A DNA stretch of 63,896 bases, the filler included, from Folioceros fuciformis (taxonomy: Eukaryota), in NCBI GenBank assembly GCA_049999805.1. It is 10 parts of 10 records of this genome, joined end to end, with 100 filler letters (N's around TTAATTAATTAA, not from the genome) between each part and the next. Parts side by side here need not be neighbours in the genome. Positions count along the whole stretch, not along the records: positions 1 to 7,767 come from JBNGIO010001049.1; positions 7,868 to 11,128 come from JBNGIO010001050.1; 8 more parts are not named here. The stretch is one strand, 5' to 3'. How positions within the stretch are numbered: position 1 is the stretch's first letter; each line of letters begins with the position of its first letter. The position numbers and the translations under genes are program-made. Shown in pieces: positions 1 through 11,228 of the stretch. The notes beneath the pieces are model-generated. The model was not told the DNA's origin. It was given only the letters and a program-made list of their open reading frames with translations, and ran no database searches.

Positions 1-73
1 CGTCACGGAGGTTAGCCAAGATGCCTCTGTTACTCCGTTGTTTATTCTCATCGTCTTGGTATTGATTCTGCAG

Positions 74-2608
74 GAGAGGAAAAGCATCCGTCCTACGTTT
101 TCCGCAGAGGGCATATATGGTGGCTCGTTGTTGGCAGTGCGATCAAATGAGTTTGTTTGCTTCTATGACTGGGCGGAGTGCAGATTAGTGCGAAGGATTG
201 ATGTCATAGTAAAGGTGTTTTAGACATTTTTCTGACTTCTGTATGGTTGAATTTAATATGTCAGGAGGGGTAGTTTTTTTATTTTCATGGTGTATCTTTG
301 GCAGAACATCTATTGGTCAGATAGTGGAGACCTGCTGGCTATTGCAAGTGACAGTCAATTTTACATACTGAAGTACAATGTAAGCCTTTCAGCTCTGCAC
401 AGAATACGCTAACCTTAATCTTGTTCACTGTCACTGACCGTGGAAAACATTTTAACTGGATACTTCTGTATGTCACTTGCAGCGAGAAGCAGTGACTTCG
501 TTTCTGGACAGTGGTAAAGCTATTGATGAGGAAGGTGTGGAAGACGCGTTTGAGCTTCTGCATGAAATCTCTGAGCGTGTTCGCACTGGGGTCTGGGTGG
601 GTGACTGCTTTATCTACAACAATTCCACATGGAGGCTGAACTACTGTGTTGGAGGGGAGGTATGTCGTGGACAAAGCGTTGATGTGCTTCCTAAATTGGA
701 AACCTGACATGGTGTTTCTTCAATTTGTTGTCTTGTGATCACCCCTTCACCATCCATGTGTTTTGTCTTCCTGCTCAAAGTATTGACCCAGTGATGATAG
801 GTCACGACAATGTTTCACTTGGATCGTCCCATGTATTTGCTGGGATACTTGGCAAATCAAAGTCGCGTCTACCTTATTGACAAGGAATTCAAGTATGTTT
901 CGCATGTTGAACAATATTTTTCCTGTGACATCATCTGCAGCACAGCTTCTGACCCATTGCCCATTATCAGTGTCATGAGCTATACCCTGTTGCTAAGCCT
1001 GATTGAGTATAAGACTCTAATACTACGGGGCGACTATGAGAGAGCACAGGAGGTCCTTCCTACTGTTCCTCAGGAACATTTGAATAGGTATTAAATGCTC
1101 CATGTTGTATGCCTGTGAATGTTACAGCTATCTATGTTCTGTCCGTTGTAATGATAACTTCGCCTACTGTGCTGCAGTGTTGCCCGTTTCTTGGAGAGTC
1201 GAGGCATGCTAGAGGAGGCCCTTGCTGTTGCAACAGATGCGGACTACAAGTTCGACTTAGCCGTTCAGCTAGGGAAGCTAGAAGTTGCACAGGTGTGAGA
1301 TTGAGCGTAATTGTCGTCTTTGTGCTGACGATTTACCACTGGAGCTGCTGTTTTGAGCCCTGATTCCTTAAGCTCCAACTGTCAGGCTATTGCTGAAGAA
1401 GCACAAAGTGAGTCAAAGTGGAAGCAATTGGGAGAGCTGGCAATGTCTGCCGGGAAGGTGAATTTGAACTAATGTGTTTGCGTGTCACATCTTGACCTCC
1501 CTACCATATCATGCACTGACTGTAAGGCTGTGGGTGTGCTGCAGCTGGATGTCGCTGAGGAATGTTTCAGTCATGCCACCGATCTCAGTGGATTGCTTCT
1601 TTTGTATTCATCCCTAGGCAATGTCCAGGGGTTGACAAAACTTGCTCAGTTAGCAAGAGAGCAGGGGAAAAACAATGTTTCATTCCTCTGTCTCTTTCTT
1701 CTTGGAAAGCTGGAAGAGTGTGTTGATCTTCTGGTGCAAAGGTCCTTTTCCATCGTGGCCTGGTTGACATCACGTGAGTTGAAATTTGTGAATTGCTACC
1801 ATTATGAAAATTCTGACACAACGTGAAATTGGAATGCAGTAACCGGACACCAGAGGCAGCCTTTTTGGCCCGCACTTATTTGCCAAGTAAAGTCTCCCCG
1901 GTTGTAGCTTTGTGGCGTAATGACCTGAAAAAGGTATGCCTGTTCGTTCAATGTTAGTTGGAATACTGCGAAGTTGACGTGAATGGTATTTGACAACGAC
2001 TTCTGGTCTTCCAAGCAGATAAACCAAAAGGCTGCAGAGTCGTTGGCGGATCCTGAGGAATACCCTAACTTGTTTACGCGGGACTGGGAGTGGGCGTTGC
2101 GAGCAGAGCATCAGACCGCAGCCTCTAGGTTCGTGTTCTGCAATTCTTGCAGAGGGAACAAGTGAAAAAATGGCTAAACTGCTTTTCTCACCACTCGCCA
2201 TACTGATGCGTATCCAATTGCTCTTTCAGAGAAGAATATCCACCGGCAACAGAATACCTGAATTATGTCGGTGCCACCAATGTGGACTTGATAGCCGAGT
2301 TGAAGAGATTGAATCTTAATGGTGAAACCCCAGTGGAGAACGGTAACTACAGACATGAGGTACGGAAACCTTCTACCAGAGTACGTCTTCGGTAGTCCCC
2401 ATTCATTACGTTTGGAGTTGTGGTTCACATGTATCAGCTTCTCTGTGTGTACTGTGCGCCTCAGGAGGAAGAGGTGGAGGATGCAGATCTCGTGGACGCT
2501 GAGGAGGGTGCAGAGTTCGATTATTCCCAACCGGAAGACTACGACGAGCTTGCAAATGGTGCCGGGGAGGATACAGAGGGCTGGCATGAGGACGAGAAAG
2601 ACGTGTGA
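74..2608 (+). CDS. SEC27: Coatomer subunit beta' (COPI), 3' portion of a multi-exon gene; 5' end lies outside the window
   Basis: GT-AG exons at approximately 74-214, 305-379, 483-660, 801-893, 971-1088, 1178-1292, 1386-1457, 1544-1740, 1839-1932, 2019-2128, 2230-2359, 2465-2608. They give ERKSIRPTFSAEGIYGG..CFYDWAECRLVRRIDV, ERVRTGVWVGDCFIYNN, HLDRPMYLLGYLANQSRVYLIDKEF, KWKQLGELAM, PEAAFLARTYLPS, KAAESLADPEEYPNLF and an acidic tail ending at TGA 2606-2608. Confidence 0.96.
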
Positions 2609-3615
2609 TGTGAAGAGGGAAGAGGAAGGACGGTCTTTATGTCCTCGTACTGGTACGTCTTTACATACGTCATCGCCAAGTGCTGCGGTTTAAAGTCGCG
2701 ACGCTCTTTAGCGAGCTCAGTTTCTAAACACCCAACCCACCAGTAGAGATGCTTGCAGCTAGCTCAGGGCGGGCTGCTCAGCTCACAAGGATGCCACGGC
2801 ATATGTCTACATCTGTAGTCTGCGAGAAAAGTGTCTCCGAGACGGTTAGAAATTTTGACAGGAGTGAGCAGATTTTAATACGAATGTCCCAATCGTTTTG
2901 TGATGGTATATTTGCCATCTGTAGTCACCAACTTTCTGCGCTGAGCTCATGAAGGTTGGTGCTATGCAGGGTGTCTCCACATTCAGCTACTGCTCGTTGT
3001 GCGCCTCCTGTTTTGGGAGTGACGTTTTCGACCCAGGAAATTTGTAGGTGTACAGAAGAGTTCCCGTTCAGTGAAGCAAAACGCCTTCCTGTGCAGCTGT
3101 GGAAGGAACCCAGCACTAGAACGTGTGCGAGAGTGTATGGGTGGGAGAGGATCAACTATTTTTTTTGGTAACCCCTCAAATCAGATATCTCTGGGACGGG
3201 TTGCCTGGAAGTTAAAGATTTTGTCGCAGAGTAATTATGATAGTAATTTCTTAACCCCATAACTCCCTCTCTAATGAAGGGTTCTGACTCATGCCCAAGG
3301 CCTTTTGATATTTCATGTAATTTTCTTATGACTCTTATTCATCTTAAGGTCGTCTTTTGCAGCAAAACATATCCTCTACTCAAATGTTGTCATTAGGAAC
3401 TAGGTGTTGATAAAAGTTTTATAAAAAATTTCACAGACCCTCCAAGGAGAGTTAGAGTACGTGGATACTCACTCCATTCCTCTGGGGCCACCTGAGGCCG
3501 TTGGAGCCCTGCAGGTTCTGGGGCACACGGGGTACCCCCGGTCTCAGTCTCCTGTCCATATCAGTGTAAGACTAAAACTGTGCCGCAAAGTCGGATCCGA
3601 TTACGAGGAAAGAGT

Positions 3616-3979
3616 TCACGATCTTGCTGGTTCACATGGCTTCGAGATGGATACATACCGTACTTCAAGCCCTCGAATCTGTGCATGAAGAAAGCAACAA
3701 AAGCTGTTTGCACTTATTGAAACCCAGAACACCAACACTTCCACATGCATGCAAAGAGGCAAACAGACGCCAGATAATAGTGTTGCCTTGTGCTCGCACA
3801 GGATGCAAAGACGAACAACTTCCCGTCCCGTGCTTCGCTGGAAGTAACCTGCCATCATGGAATTCCATGTCGCCAAGCTCGTCTTCAAGGGACAATTTGT
3901 TTCCATCCTCTAGATTGCCACACTTTGTATACTTCCTCCATGAAATTGTAGGGCACCAACTCAACCTCGTGCTGACCAC
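3616..3979 (-). mobile_element. Possible decayed LINE ORF2 C-terminal (zf-RVT-like) remnant
   Basis: Minus frames give ETNCPLKTSLATW...CILCEH, resembling the 'P.K...W...CxxC' zinc-binding region that follows RT in non-LTR elements; frameshifted. Confidence 0.3.
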
Positions 3980-4833
3980 CTACTCTAAGCCCTACATGTC
4001 ATGCTGTAGTCCAATCTGAAAATCATGTTGAAGTCCTCTGCATCCAATCTGAAGTGAGGAGTCTTCTGTGTATCAGAATAGAGAAGGTTTCCGAACAGCG
4101 ACCTACGCTCTCGTAAACACCCAAACCTATCCATCCCCCATCAGCACGGAAAAAAACCAGCCACTTCCACTTACGAGAGTGTCTGGGTGGGGAAGGATCA
4201 GCAATTTCCCTGGTAAGAAGAGCTCCCGGTCTTCTGAGAGGTGGCGGAAGTGGAAGGTGGGAGTCGCAGCTCGCCAGCCTGCGGGTTCCCTTCTTTTGCC
4301 CATCTAGCAACGTCCCTGATCACATCCAAGTACCGCTGCACGACTGGTTTGCATTTGGAGTGGCGATTCGAGAACTGCTGCCTGCTGCACTCCCTCGCAT
4401 CCGCCGCAGAAGATCCGTCCTGTTCCCTCTTCCTCTCTTCCTCGAATCCACTGCGCTCAGGCATCATCTTGCGCTGATTCCCCTGGTTCTCCTGCCAACT
4501 TAGGGCTGCGGCTGACAATCAGGCCTCACCTCCTTCCTTTCGTCGTCCTTCACAAGCCACGTTAGTTTCCACCACTTCCATAGCCTGGCCCAGCTAGCCG
4601 ACTTCAGACAACACCATCACACCACAAGCTCCTGCCGGTCACGGGCTGACACAAAATTGTAAACTTAGAATGTCCGTAGCCGCTCTCTGGCCTGTAATGT
4701 CAGGCCCTATTCTAGTCTCGATGATGCATGGCTATGTTTCCACATATGTATATCCCTTCAGCCCTAAAGCCACAGACCGGGTACCGACCGCTTGTGAATT
4801 GTCGCACCACTCCGAAATCTTCGTATGGTGTCG

Positions 4834-5383
4834 ATGGCGTCCACGCAGGAACTGGGCTCTGAGTCTGACGCCGGTCTGGCCTCCTTCTCCTTCCCGGGGG
4901 AGGACCACACCCTGGGCAATTCTCTCCGATTCGTGCTGAACAAGGAGTAAGCAGGACGTCACCCTCCCGCTCTAGCTCCAGCTGCAGCTGCGTGGATGCA
5001 CGTTTCTGCCGCTGCGGCTTGTTGCTTTGTGCTCCAGCTAATCCCGCCTCTCTCTTGTGTTCCAGTCCGCGAGTGGCCTTCTGCGGTTACAGCGTCCCCC
5101 ACGCTTCGGAGAATCGGGTGAACGTTCGAGTGCAAACAACAGGTGTGTGAAGGGCTATACGTACGAACTTTTGCTTCCAGCAGATGTGAAACCGTGAAAT
5201 TGCTCAAAGTTGGTGTGCTCTGCAGGCGACCCAGCCAAGGAGGTGGTCAAGGATGCTCTGCAAGATTTGATTGTTATGTGCGAGCATGTCACGAACACTT
5301 TCAACAAGGCGGTAGATGAGCACAGGGCCACTCAGGGGATGAGCGGCGTTAGTACGAAATCTGGACTCACAAACCTAACCTAA
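4834..5383 (+). CDS. RPC19: DNA-directed RNA polymerase I/III shared subunit AC19 (RPAC2), 3 exons; not in the ORF track
   Basis: Exons 4834-4946, 5066-5142, 5226-5383 (GT-AG) translate to MASTQELGSESDAGLASFSFPGEDHTLGNSLRFVLNKD/PRVAFCGYSVPHASENRVNVRVQTTG/DPAKEVVKDALQDLIVMCEHVTNTFNKAV..*. EDHTLGN and GYSVPH are RPB11/AC19 hallmarks. An alternative in-frame ATG is at 4825. Confidence 0.93.
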
Positions 5384-6921
5384 CCTGATTCAGATCATGG
5401 TTGTTGACATCGTTGTCCAGTCAGTTTGGGGGAACAAATGAATGGTCAAGGCTGAGGCTTAACGTAGCATGCTGATTTACACAACGTCCTCATCCAAGGC
5501 CCATGAGCGGAATCAACTGAGAAGCATTTATCAGCCTAACAGGAAGCAGCAGAAGCCGAGTGCTTTCCAGGCTCTCCACTGTCCTATGGTGCTTCTATGC
5601 AGCTAACTTCATGTAGACTCTCCAATGCTCCTGACGATGGGCGTTTGTATCCTTCTCACACCTAGGCAGTACTACGGCCAGTTTTGAGCCCTGTTTTCTC
5701 TGCCGCGATCGTAGCAGAAAATAAAGAGATCACATCTCACCTCACCTCACCTCGGATGTTGCCATCAAGCATTCTTCTGTCATGGCTCGCTAACCTCACT
5801 TCTTCACGGCGGTGAATCCAGGGTGGTCGATCCTGGAGTGCCACTAAACCTTGAAGAGGTCAGTTTGCAGGCAAGGAAATCGGCAAAAGCTATTCTTACT
5901 TAGACAATGAACACAATGTTCTTAAAACAAAACTATATAATAATGAACGGATTTACAAACCCTATAAATAATACATTTAGGGTACTCAGCTGGCCAGATG
6001 TCTAGGATGGTAGGGAGAAGGGGAGTCTTTACAATTGTTTCATGTAATTAGGATCATTGAGGGCCATGCCATGATACGATAAACATTCAACTAAAAGCAT
6101 CGCATTGACCGTAAATTCAACCAAGTACAAGTGCTGTGACTACTCCGCAGCGCCAGAATGGGCTACGGCGGTCTCGCTCCAAAATTTTGGAAAAGGCTTC
6201 CGGTTTCTATCATAGCTCGAAAGCACTGGAGGAGGGGGGGTATGAATGCCGCCCATGAAGCTTCCAGACAGGTAGCACTTTTGACTGAGGACTAGAGTCG
6301 CTAAAGAAAACATTCAAAGCCATGTACCCTGGATAACCTACTTGGGACTATGAGAAATGCCTACGGATGCCGCGCATGCAGCATTCAGGCCGGGTACAAG
6401 TTTTGAAGGAAGTGTAACACACGCGAAATAAAATATTCAGAACCATGTATCCTAAAGAGGCTCTGGGGCCATGAGAGACCACTCACCGGCATTGCGAGGT
6501 CTTCGAATTTACTTCTGGACCACCTTCGGCGCTGCTGTTACAGCTGTTACGCTTTTTTGAGTTCAGACTGCGGCCTAGAGCCTGGAGTTTGATACAGTCA
6601 TCACAGGAGGCATAAGATGTAACCCTGTCATTGTCTGTGACCTAGTTCACCAGCAGAATTCATAACATCCATTGAAAAATGTCGTACCCGATATCCAATA
6701 GACAGTGTGGTTAGAAGCAACAATACCCTTGGCACTAGTACCCGCATAGGCTCTGATGTCGACCAGAAGCAATAGCTGCATCTCAACACGATGTGTGCTC
6801 TACGTACGCACACAGGCAAGGTGTCTGCCACGAATCCACCACAGAAAACGACTGTCCGAGCCGGCGTCCAAGATTCCTCATGCGGCTCTGGATCCCCCCT
6901 TCCAGCAGTGCAGCTAAGGTC

Positions 6922-7638
6922 CTAATCATCGTGAGGAGCAAGATAGAGCCTGTGCCTGACCCGGCAGTGGAGAGCAATGGCACTCAGGGCCAATGCTTCC
7001 TGCCTGTTCACTGGACCTTGGATAATATCAACGTCATTAGGACTGGTCTGCAATTTCTCGTGATAAGGATCATTGATGACCTTGAACATCTTTTCGACAT
7101 GCTGGAAAGTGGTCTCGTCATCCCAATTGGTCCTAGCCTTGATCCGGTTCAGAAGATCATCGTAATGTTGCAGCATCCCCTTCCAGTCATGCGAGTCATT
7201 ATTCTGCTGAGCCCAGATTTCCATAATGCCTTTCATGTTCCACCACCCCGACTTGATCATAATTTGCCTGTTAGCTTCCTCGAGCATCCGGTCCCGCCGG
7301 AAAATCTCCTGATCGAACTGCTTCCGCATAGACATGATCTCCTGGTTCTTCATCGACAGCTCGTAATCCCTCTGCCTTGTCTCATTCCGGATCTTCTCGT
7401 ACACAGCGTTGTCCAGAGCAACACGGAAGTCGATGTTATCAAGTTGCCCCACCAGCTCCTCGTAGGTAGGAGGCCTGTGTCCGTAATCAGGCTCCGCAGG
7501 AGCAGCGTATTCTTGGAACCTGCCCCCTACCAAGAGAAAGCACCGTGCATGAGCTACCTCCAAGACCTTCACGGGACAGCCATTTGCCAGCAGTGCCTTG
7601 GCGCAGCGCCCGGCCATTGAAGACAGCATGGATGCCAT
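6922..7638 (-). CDS. Intronless ORF of unknown function (~238 aa): putative organellar presequence, central coiled coil, globular C-terminal domain
   Basis: Uninterrupted ORF from ATG 7638. S/A/R-rich N-terminus, charged helix EKIRNETRQRDYELSMKNQEIMSMRKQFDQEIFRRDRMLEEANRQ, protein-like composition. A telo-box lies about 115 bp upstream. Confidence 0.6.
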   Translation of the reverse strand: MASMLSSMAGRCAKALLANGCPVKVLEVAHARCFLLVGGRFQEYAAPAEPDYGHRPPTYEELVGQLDNIDFRVALDNAVYEKIRNETRQRDYELSMKNQEIMSMRKQFDQEIFRRDRMLEEANRQIMIKSGWWNMKGIMEIWAQQNNDSHDWKGMLQHYDDLLNRIKARTNWDDETTFQHVEKMFKVINDPYHEKLQTSPNDVDIIQGPVNRQEALALSAIALHCRVRHRLYLAPHDD

Positions 7639-7749
7639 GACACGATCACAATCCGACGACGCCAACCAACCAGCGATGCACGCACGGTCCTGCTGCCGAT
7701 CAGACTCTCACAGAAGCTCACAAACCTACTGCCTCAATGTGGAAGCAAG

Positions 7750-7767
7750 AAGGTTTAGGGTTTAAGG
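7750..7767 (-). promoter_or_regulatory. Telo-box (AAACCCTA) upstream of the orphan ORF
   Basis: + strand aggtttagggtttaagg is CCTTAAACCCTAAACCT on the minus strand, 5' of ATG 7638. Confidence 0.45.
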
Positions 7768-7867
7768 NNNNNNNNNNNNNNNNNNNNNNNNNNNNNNNNN
7801 NNNNNNNNNNNTTAATTAATTAANNNNNNNNNNNNNNNNNNNNNNNNNNNNNNNNNNNNNNNNNNNN
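7768..7867. other. Artificial contig spacer N44-TTAATTAATTAA-N44; identical spacers at 11129-11228, 14605-14704, 18307-18406, 34663-34762, 37991-38090, 45452-45551, 56088-56187, 61646-61745
   Basis: Nine identical 100-bp blocks; the 12-mer places stop codons in all six frames. Confidence 0.99.
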
Positions 7868-9710
7868 TGTGTTCCCTTCGTCCTTTTGTTTGGGGTTAGT
7901 CTAGTGACTCTTGCCGGGTAGGAGGAGTCAGCAGGGAAGTGTAGAAGGTAGTGGTGTCGTTGCTGGTTGCTGGTAGTTGCTGGTGTTGGTGCTGGAGTGA
8001 GAGAGTGAGTGAAGTGTGTCAGGGAAGTCGCAGATCTGAGAGGTTAGAGTCGTTGTAGTGACTGGAGTGAGTTTGTGGGCACCGAGAGAGGTGCAGCTAA
8101 CCACCGGACAGCGAGGCCTGTCCTACACCTGATCGGAGCTAGAGGGGAGCCCTCGAATCCATCATCGAGTCGATCAAGTCCGACCCTCCATCCACAGCAG
8201 CAAGGAACCCCATCGCTCCTTCGTGGGAACAAAACCCAATGTCTCAACGACAGTGGGATAAGTGTGGCCACTAAAGGTGGAACCCGTCGGCAATCAGTGC
8301 CCGGGGTTTTGCCTCCACATTTTTGGCGCCGTTGCCGGGGAGCGGCTTGGGAGTTTCTTTTGCTGATCGGATGGAGAGTCTAAGTTGTCCTGTAGATGTC
8401 TGGTGGAAGAGGTGATCGCAGAATTGGTAGAGGAAGAGCAGTTGTAACGCCTTCACCAAGGGATCTGCGTGCAACAAGGAGGAATTTGCTGAGAGGAGAG
8501 AGTAGCTTGACCCCTAAGGCTAGCACCCTTGTGCAGGAGGAGCTGCCTTGGTCAAGTGGAGAGCACGAATCTGAAGGGTTGATTGCCGGAGAGCGTGACA
8601 TCCAGGAGGTTGGTATTACATCTGGTTGCAGGAAGGAGTCTTACAGCCAACAAGTGGGTCGTGTTGAGAGGGAGTCCGTGTTACAGTCGAGTGTTGTGCA
8701 GTCAACTCTAGGTGATACTTCAGTCGTGGTATCATTGCTGGATAGCTTGCAGTCACTTGTTGGTGGTCTGTCAGTCCCCTTGCCGGCCATTGTTCCATTG
8801 TCAGCCCCCGTAGTGGTTTCAGTAGGGGTTGTACTTCCTACGTCAAGTATCAGCCAAGTGGGTGGAGGAGTTGCTGCAAGGATGGCTGCTCCTATTCACA
8901 GTCGTCAGCAATACGTGAAGTTTGGAGACAAGAGAAGAGGGGAGGATGCTGAATCCTTCCTAAGGACGTTCAAGCATGTGTCTCGTGCCAACATGGAGGA
9001 CACTACAGCTGATCGTTTGAGGATCTTTCCAGGTTTGCTGAGAGGACAAGCTCAGCAGTGGTACAGCCGGACGTATGGAGTGACACCACCAATGGATTGG
9101 GACAGCCTGAAAGACGATTTCTTGACCAGGTTCCGAGGTCTCAGCCATGGCCATCACACCTACGCGAGGTTGAGGACTTTGAAGCGAGGAAGGAAGGAGG
9201 ATCTCTATGACTACATTGAGAGGTTCTACAGCTATGTGGACAGGATCCCACGTGGCAGGCCAGTTGTTCCAGGAGGTCCGAGTACTCCAGGGTACACGGA
9301 TGCTCAAGCTTTGGATTGGTTTGCGGGAGGACTACCCGATAGGATGGCAACCTACTGCACAAGAGGTGTGACCACTTTGCAGGAGGCTTTGAAGGCTGCT
9401 GAAGATTTTGAGCTTTTGGAGTTGAGCAGAGAGAAGAGGAAGCAGAACCGGAAGTATGGGCGTCATAGGAGGTCAAGACATCACAGCCCATCTTCCTCTT
9501 CAAGGTCGAGGTCACCGTCTCACTCAGATCCCGATTATGACAGCCTCGTGTCGGATCCTTACACCGATGAGGAGTCCGATAAGGCTTATGAGAAGAGGAT
9601 GAGGAAGGACCTGGAGAAAGCACGCAAGAGGCGCGAGGAGGATGAGGATCGTCGAGCTGAGAAGGACAAGAGAGGCAAAGGATCCTATAGGATGAAGAGA
9701 GGCGAACCGT
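7868..9710 (+). mobile_element. Ty3/gypsy (Athila-like) element: 3' part of the 5' LTR, PBS and truncated gag
   Basis: LTR ends ..CCACA at 8319. PBS at 8324-8341. ORF 8396-9796 contains a retrotransposon gag core (EDAESFLRTF..RLRIFPGLLRGQAQQWY..DWDSLKDDFLTRF..LKRGRKEDLYDYIERF); pol is absent. Confidence 0.9.
8324..8341 (+). other. Primer-binding site complementary to the 3' end of plant tRNA-Asp
   Basis: TGGCGCCGTTGCCGGGGA is the reverse complement of ...TCCCCGGCAACGGCG-CCA, the PBS typical of the Athila lineage. Confidence 0.9.
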
Positions 9711-9902
9711 CCTTAAGACCAACCACTTTATCTCTTGAGCCCTATGACTCTTATAGAGTTCCGGGCTACTGTCGGTTGGGGTGGTTGATCGGGTAGGCAG
9801 CCATTGATGGTTCCTCACCTGCTACAGCGCTTAAGCGCATTAAACAGTGTCCTTAAACGCTTAAACCACCCCTCCTACCACGTCTATCCTAACTACCCAA
9901 CT

Positions 9903-10560
9903 CTATTGGGGATGCTTCGGTGGTTCGAATGGGCAGGTCAGAATGGCAATCTTTGCATCCTCTAGCCTACCACCAACTTTTCCTTCAACCTTAATCAAGT
10001 CAAGGTTGACATCACGTCTCTCCAAATCCGCCACAGCAAGCACAGCTTTCACTGCAATTTCCGCCAGCATCCGTTTGCACCTACCCACTATCTTGGAAAA
10101 TAGCGTCGTCATGCACGTCTAAATGAGAGGCTCAGCATTATCTGCACTGAAGTCAGACTTGTGCGCGATGTGATTCAAGTGCTCAGTGGCAACCTTAGAC
10201 GCTATCTCATACCCCTCAGCGATCCCAATGGGGCGGATGCCCCGATCTAGTAGCTCTTCCGCCTACTCCAAGAGTGTATCTGCTGTAACTACAACCCCAG
10301 TTGTGTCGTCACCAATCTCAAGATCCTGACCTTTCAAAAGCTTGACCATCAGCTTCCCAATTTGATTCTCAACCTTCCTCTGCTCAAGTATTGTAGCCCC
10401 ATCGTTTGTCACAGTGACATCGCCGTCCGGGCTCGGCAGCATCTTGTCCATGCACTTGGGGCCGAGCGAGGTTCTCAGAATCTTGGCCACGGAACGAGCT
10501 GCCAAAATGTTGGCCTTTTGGGCATCCAACCCTTGCAGGCGAGCCTTCTGCTCCTTCTGC
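9903..10560 (-). pseudogene. CCT5: Intronless, degenerate fragment of chaperonin CCT epsilon (TCP-1 subunit 5)
   Basis: [148 protein letters not shown]; two in-frame stops and an internal deletion. Confidence 0.92.
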
Positions 10561-10886
10561 CGCTCAAGCTCCAAGCTGCGCTCGCGCTTGCTGAAGGCCT
10601 CCCGCTCCCGTTCCCGCTCGCTCTCCAGGCTGCGCAGCCGGTTCCAGGCCTCCTCCCACAGGCGTTCCCGTTCCCGCTCCAGGCTGCACTCGCCCCCGAG
10701 CCGTCTCCACCTCCCGTTGCCTCTCCTGGTACAGGTTCCGCAGCTGCTCCACCCCGCCCAAGCTCTCAGCAACGGCGGCGCGTCCCCCGCCCAACGTTTC
10801 TCCCCATCCGCTGTTGATCCACCAGCCAGGCCGGTTGGACCAACCCGCCGGCCTCCTATACCACCGACCTGCTTCGCCCAACCCGG

Positions 10887-11128
10887 CTAGCCCACCAACT
10901 GGAAGGCCGAATCAGCCAGCCTGCTACTCACCAGCGTCTTGAGCACCGTCTGGCCCTTAAGTCCCTGCATTGCATGCCGCGACCCATCCTCATCCACCAC
11001 CGTCAGCCGCAGCGTCCGATCCGCCACCTTGCACGACCCGCTCCGACTCCGGCTGCTGGAGCCGGCTATCGCCGAGCTCCCCATCCATCGCGCAGGCCTA
11101 GCAGCTGCGTTCCATACTTCTCCTCGCT
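10887..11128 (-). pseudogene. N-terminal fragment of a mitochondrial complex I-associated 2Fe-2S ferredoxin-like protein (C1-FDX type)
   Basis: Presequence-like VWNAAARPARWMGSSA, then KVADRTLRLTVVDEDGSRHAMQGLKGQTVLKTLVSSRLAD. This matches the plant C1-FDX pattern KVxDRIVKLxAIDxxG...GLSGQTLLxAL; truncated by a stop. Confidence 0.7.
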
Positions 11129-11228
11129 NNNNNNNNNNNNNNNNNNNNNNNNNNNNNNNNNNNNNNNNNNNNTTAATTAATTAANNNNNNNNNNNNNNNN
11201 NNNNNNNNNNNNNNNNNNNNNNNNNNNN

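Noticed and set aside
6793-7620. 275-aa plus-strand ORF overlapping the orphan gene
   Set aside because: Antisense shadow: its L/V/P/H/I-rich composition is what the reverse complement of the charged minus-strand ORF would give
7768-7867. Repeated TTAATTAATTAA palindrome in N runs as a biological repeat or recombination site
   Set aside because: Nine identical 100-bp blocks with six-frame stops are a contig-joining linker; ORFs running into X residues are artefacts
9826-9870. GCGCTTAAGCGC motifs resembling hAT subterminal repeats at the edge of the chimeric fragment
   Set aside because: No partner TIR or 8-bp TSD is visible in the contig; too short to assign
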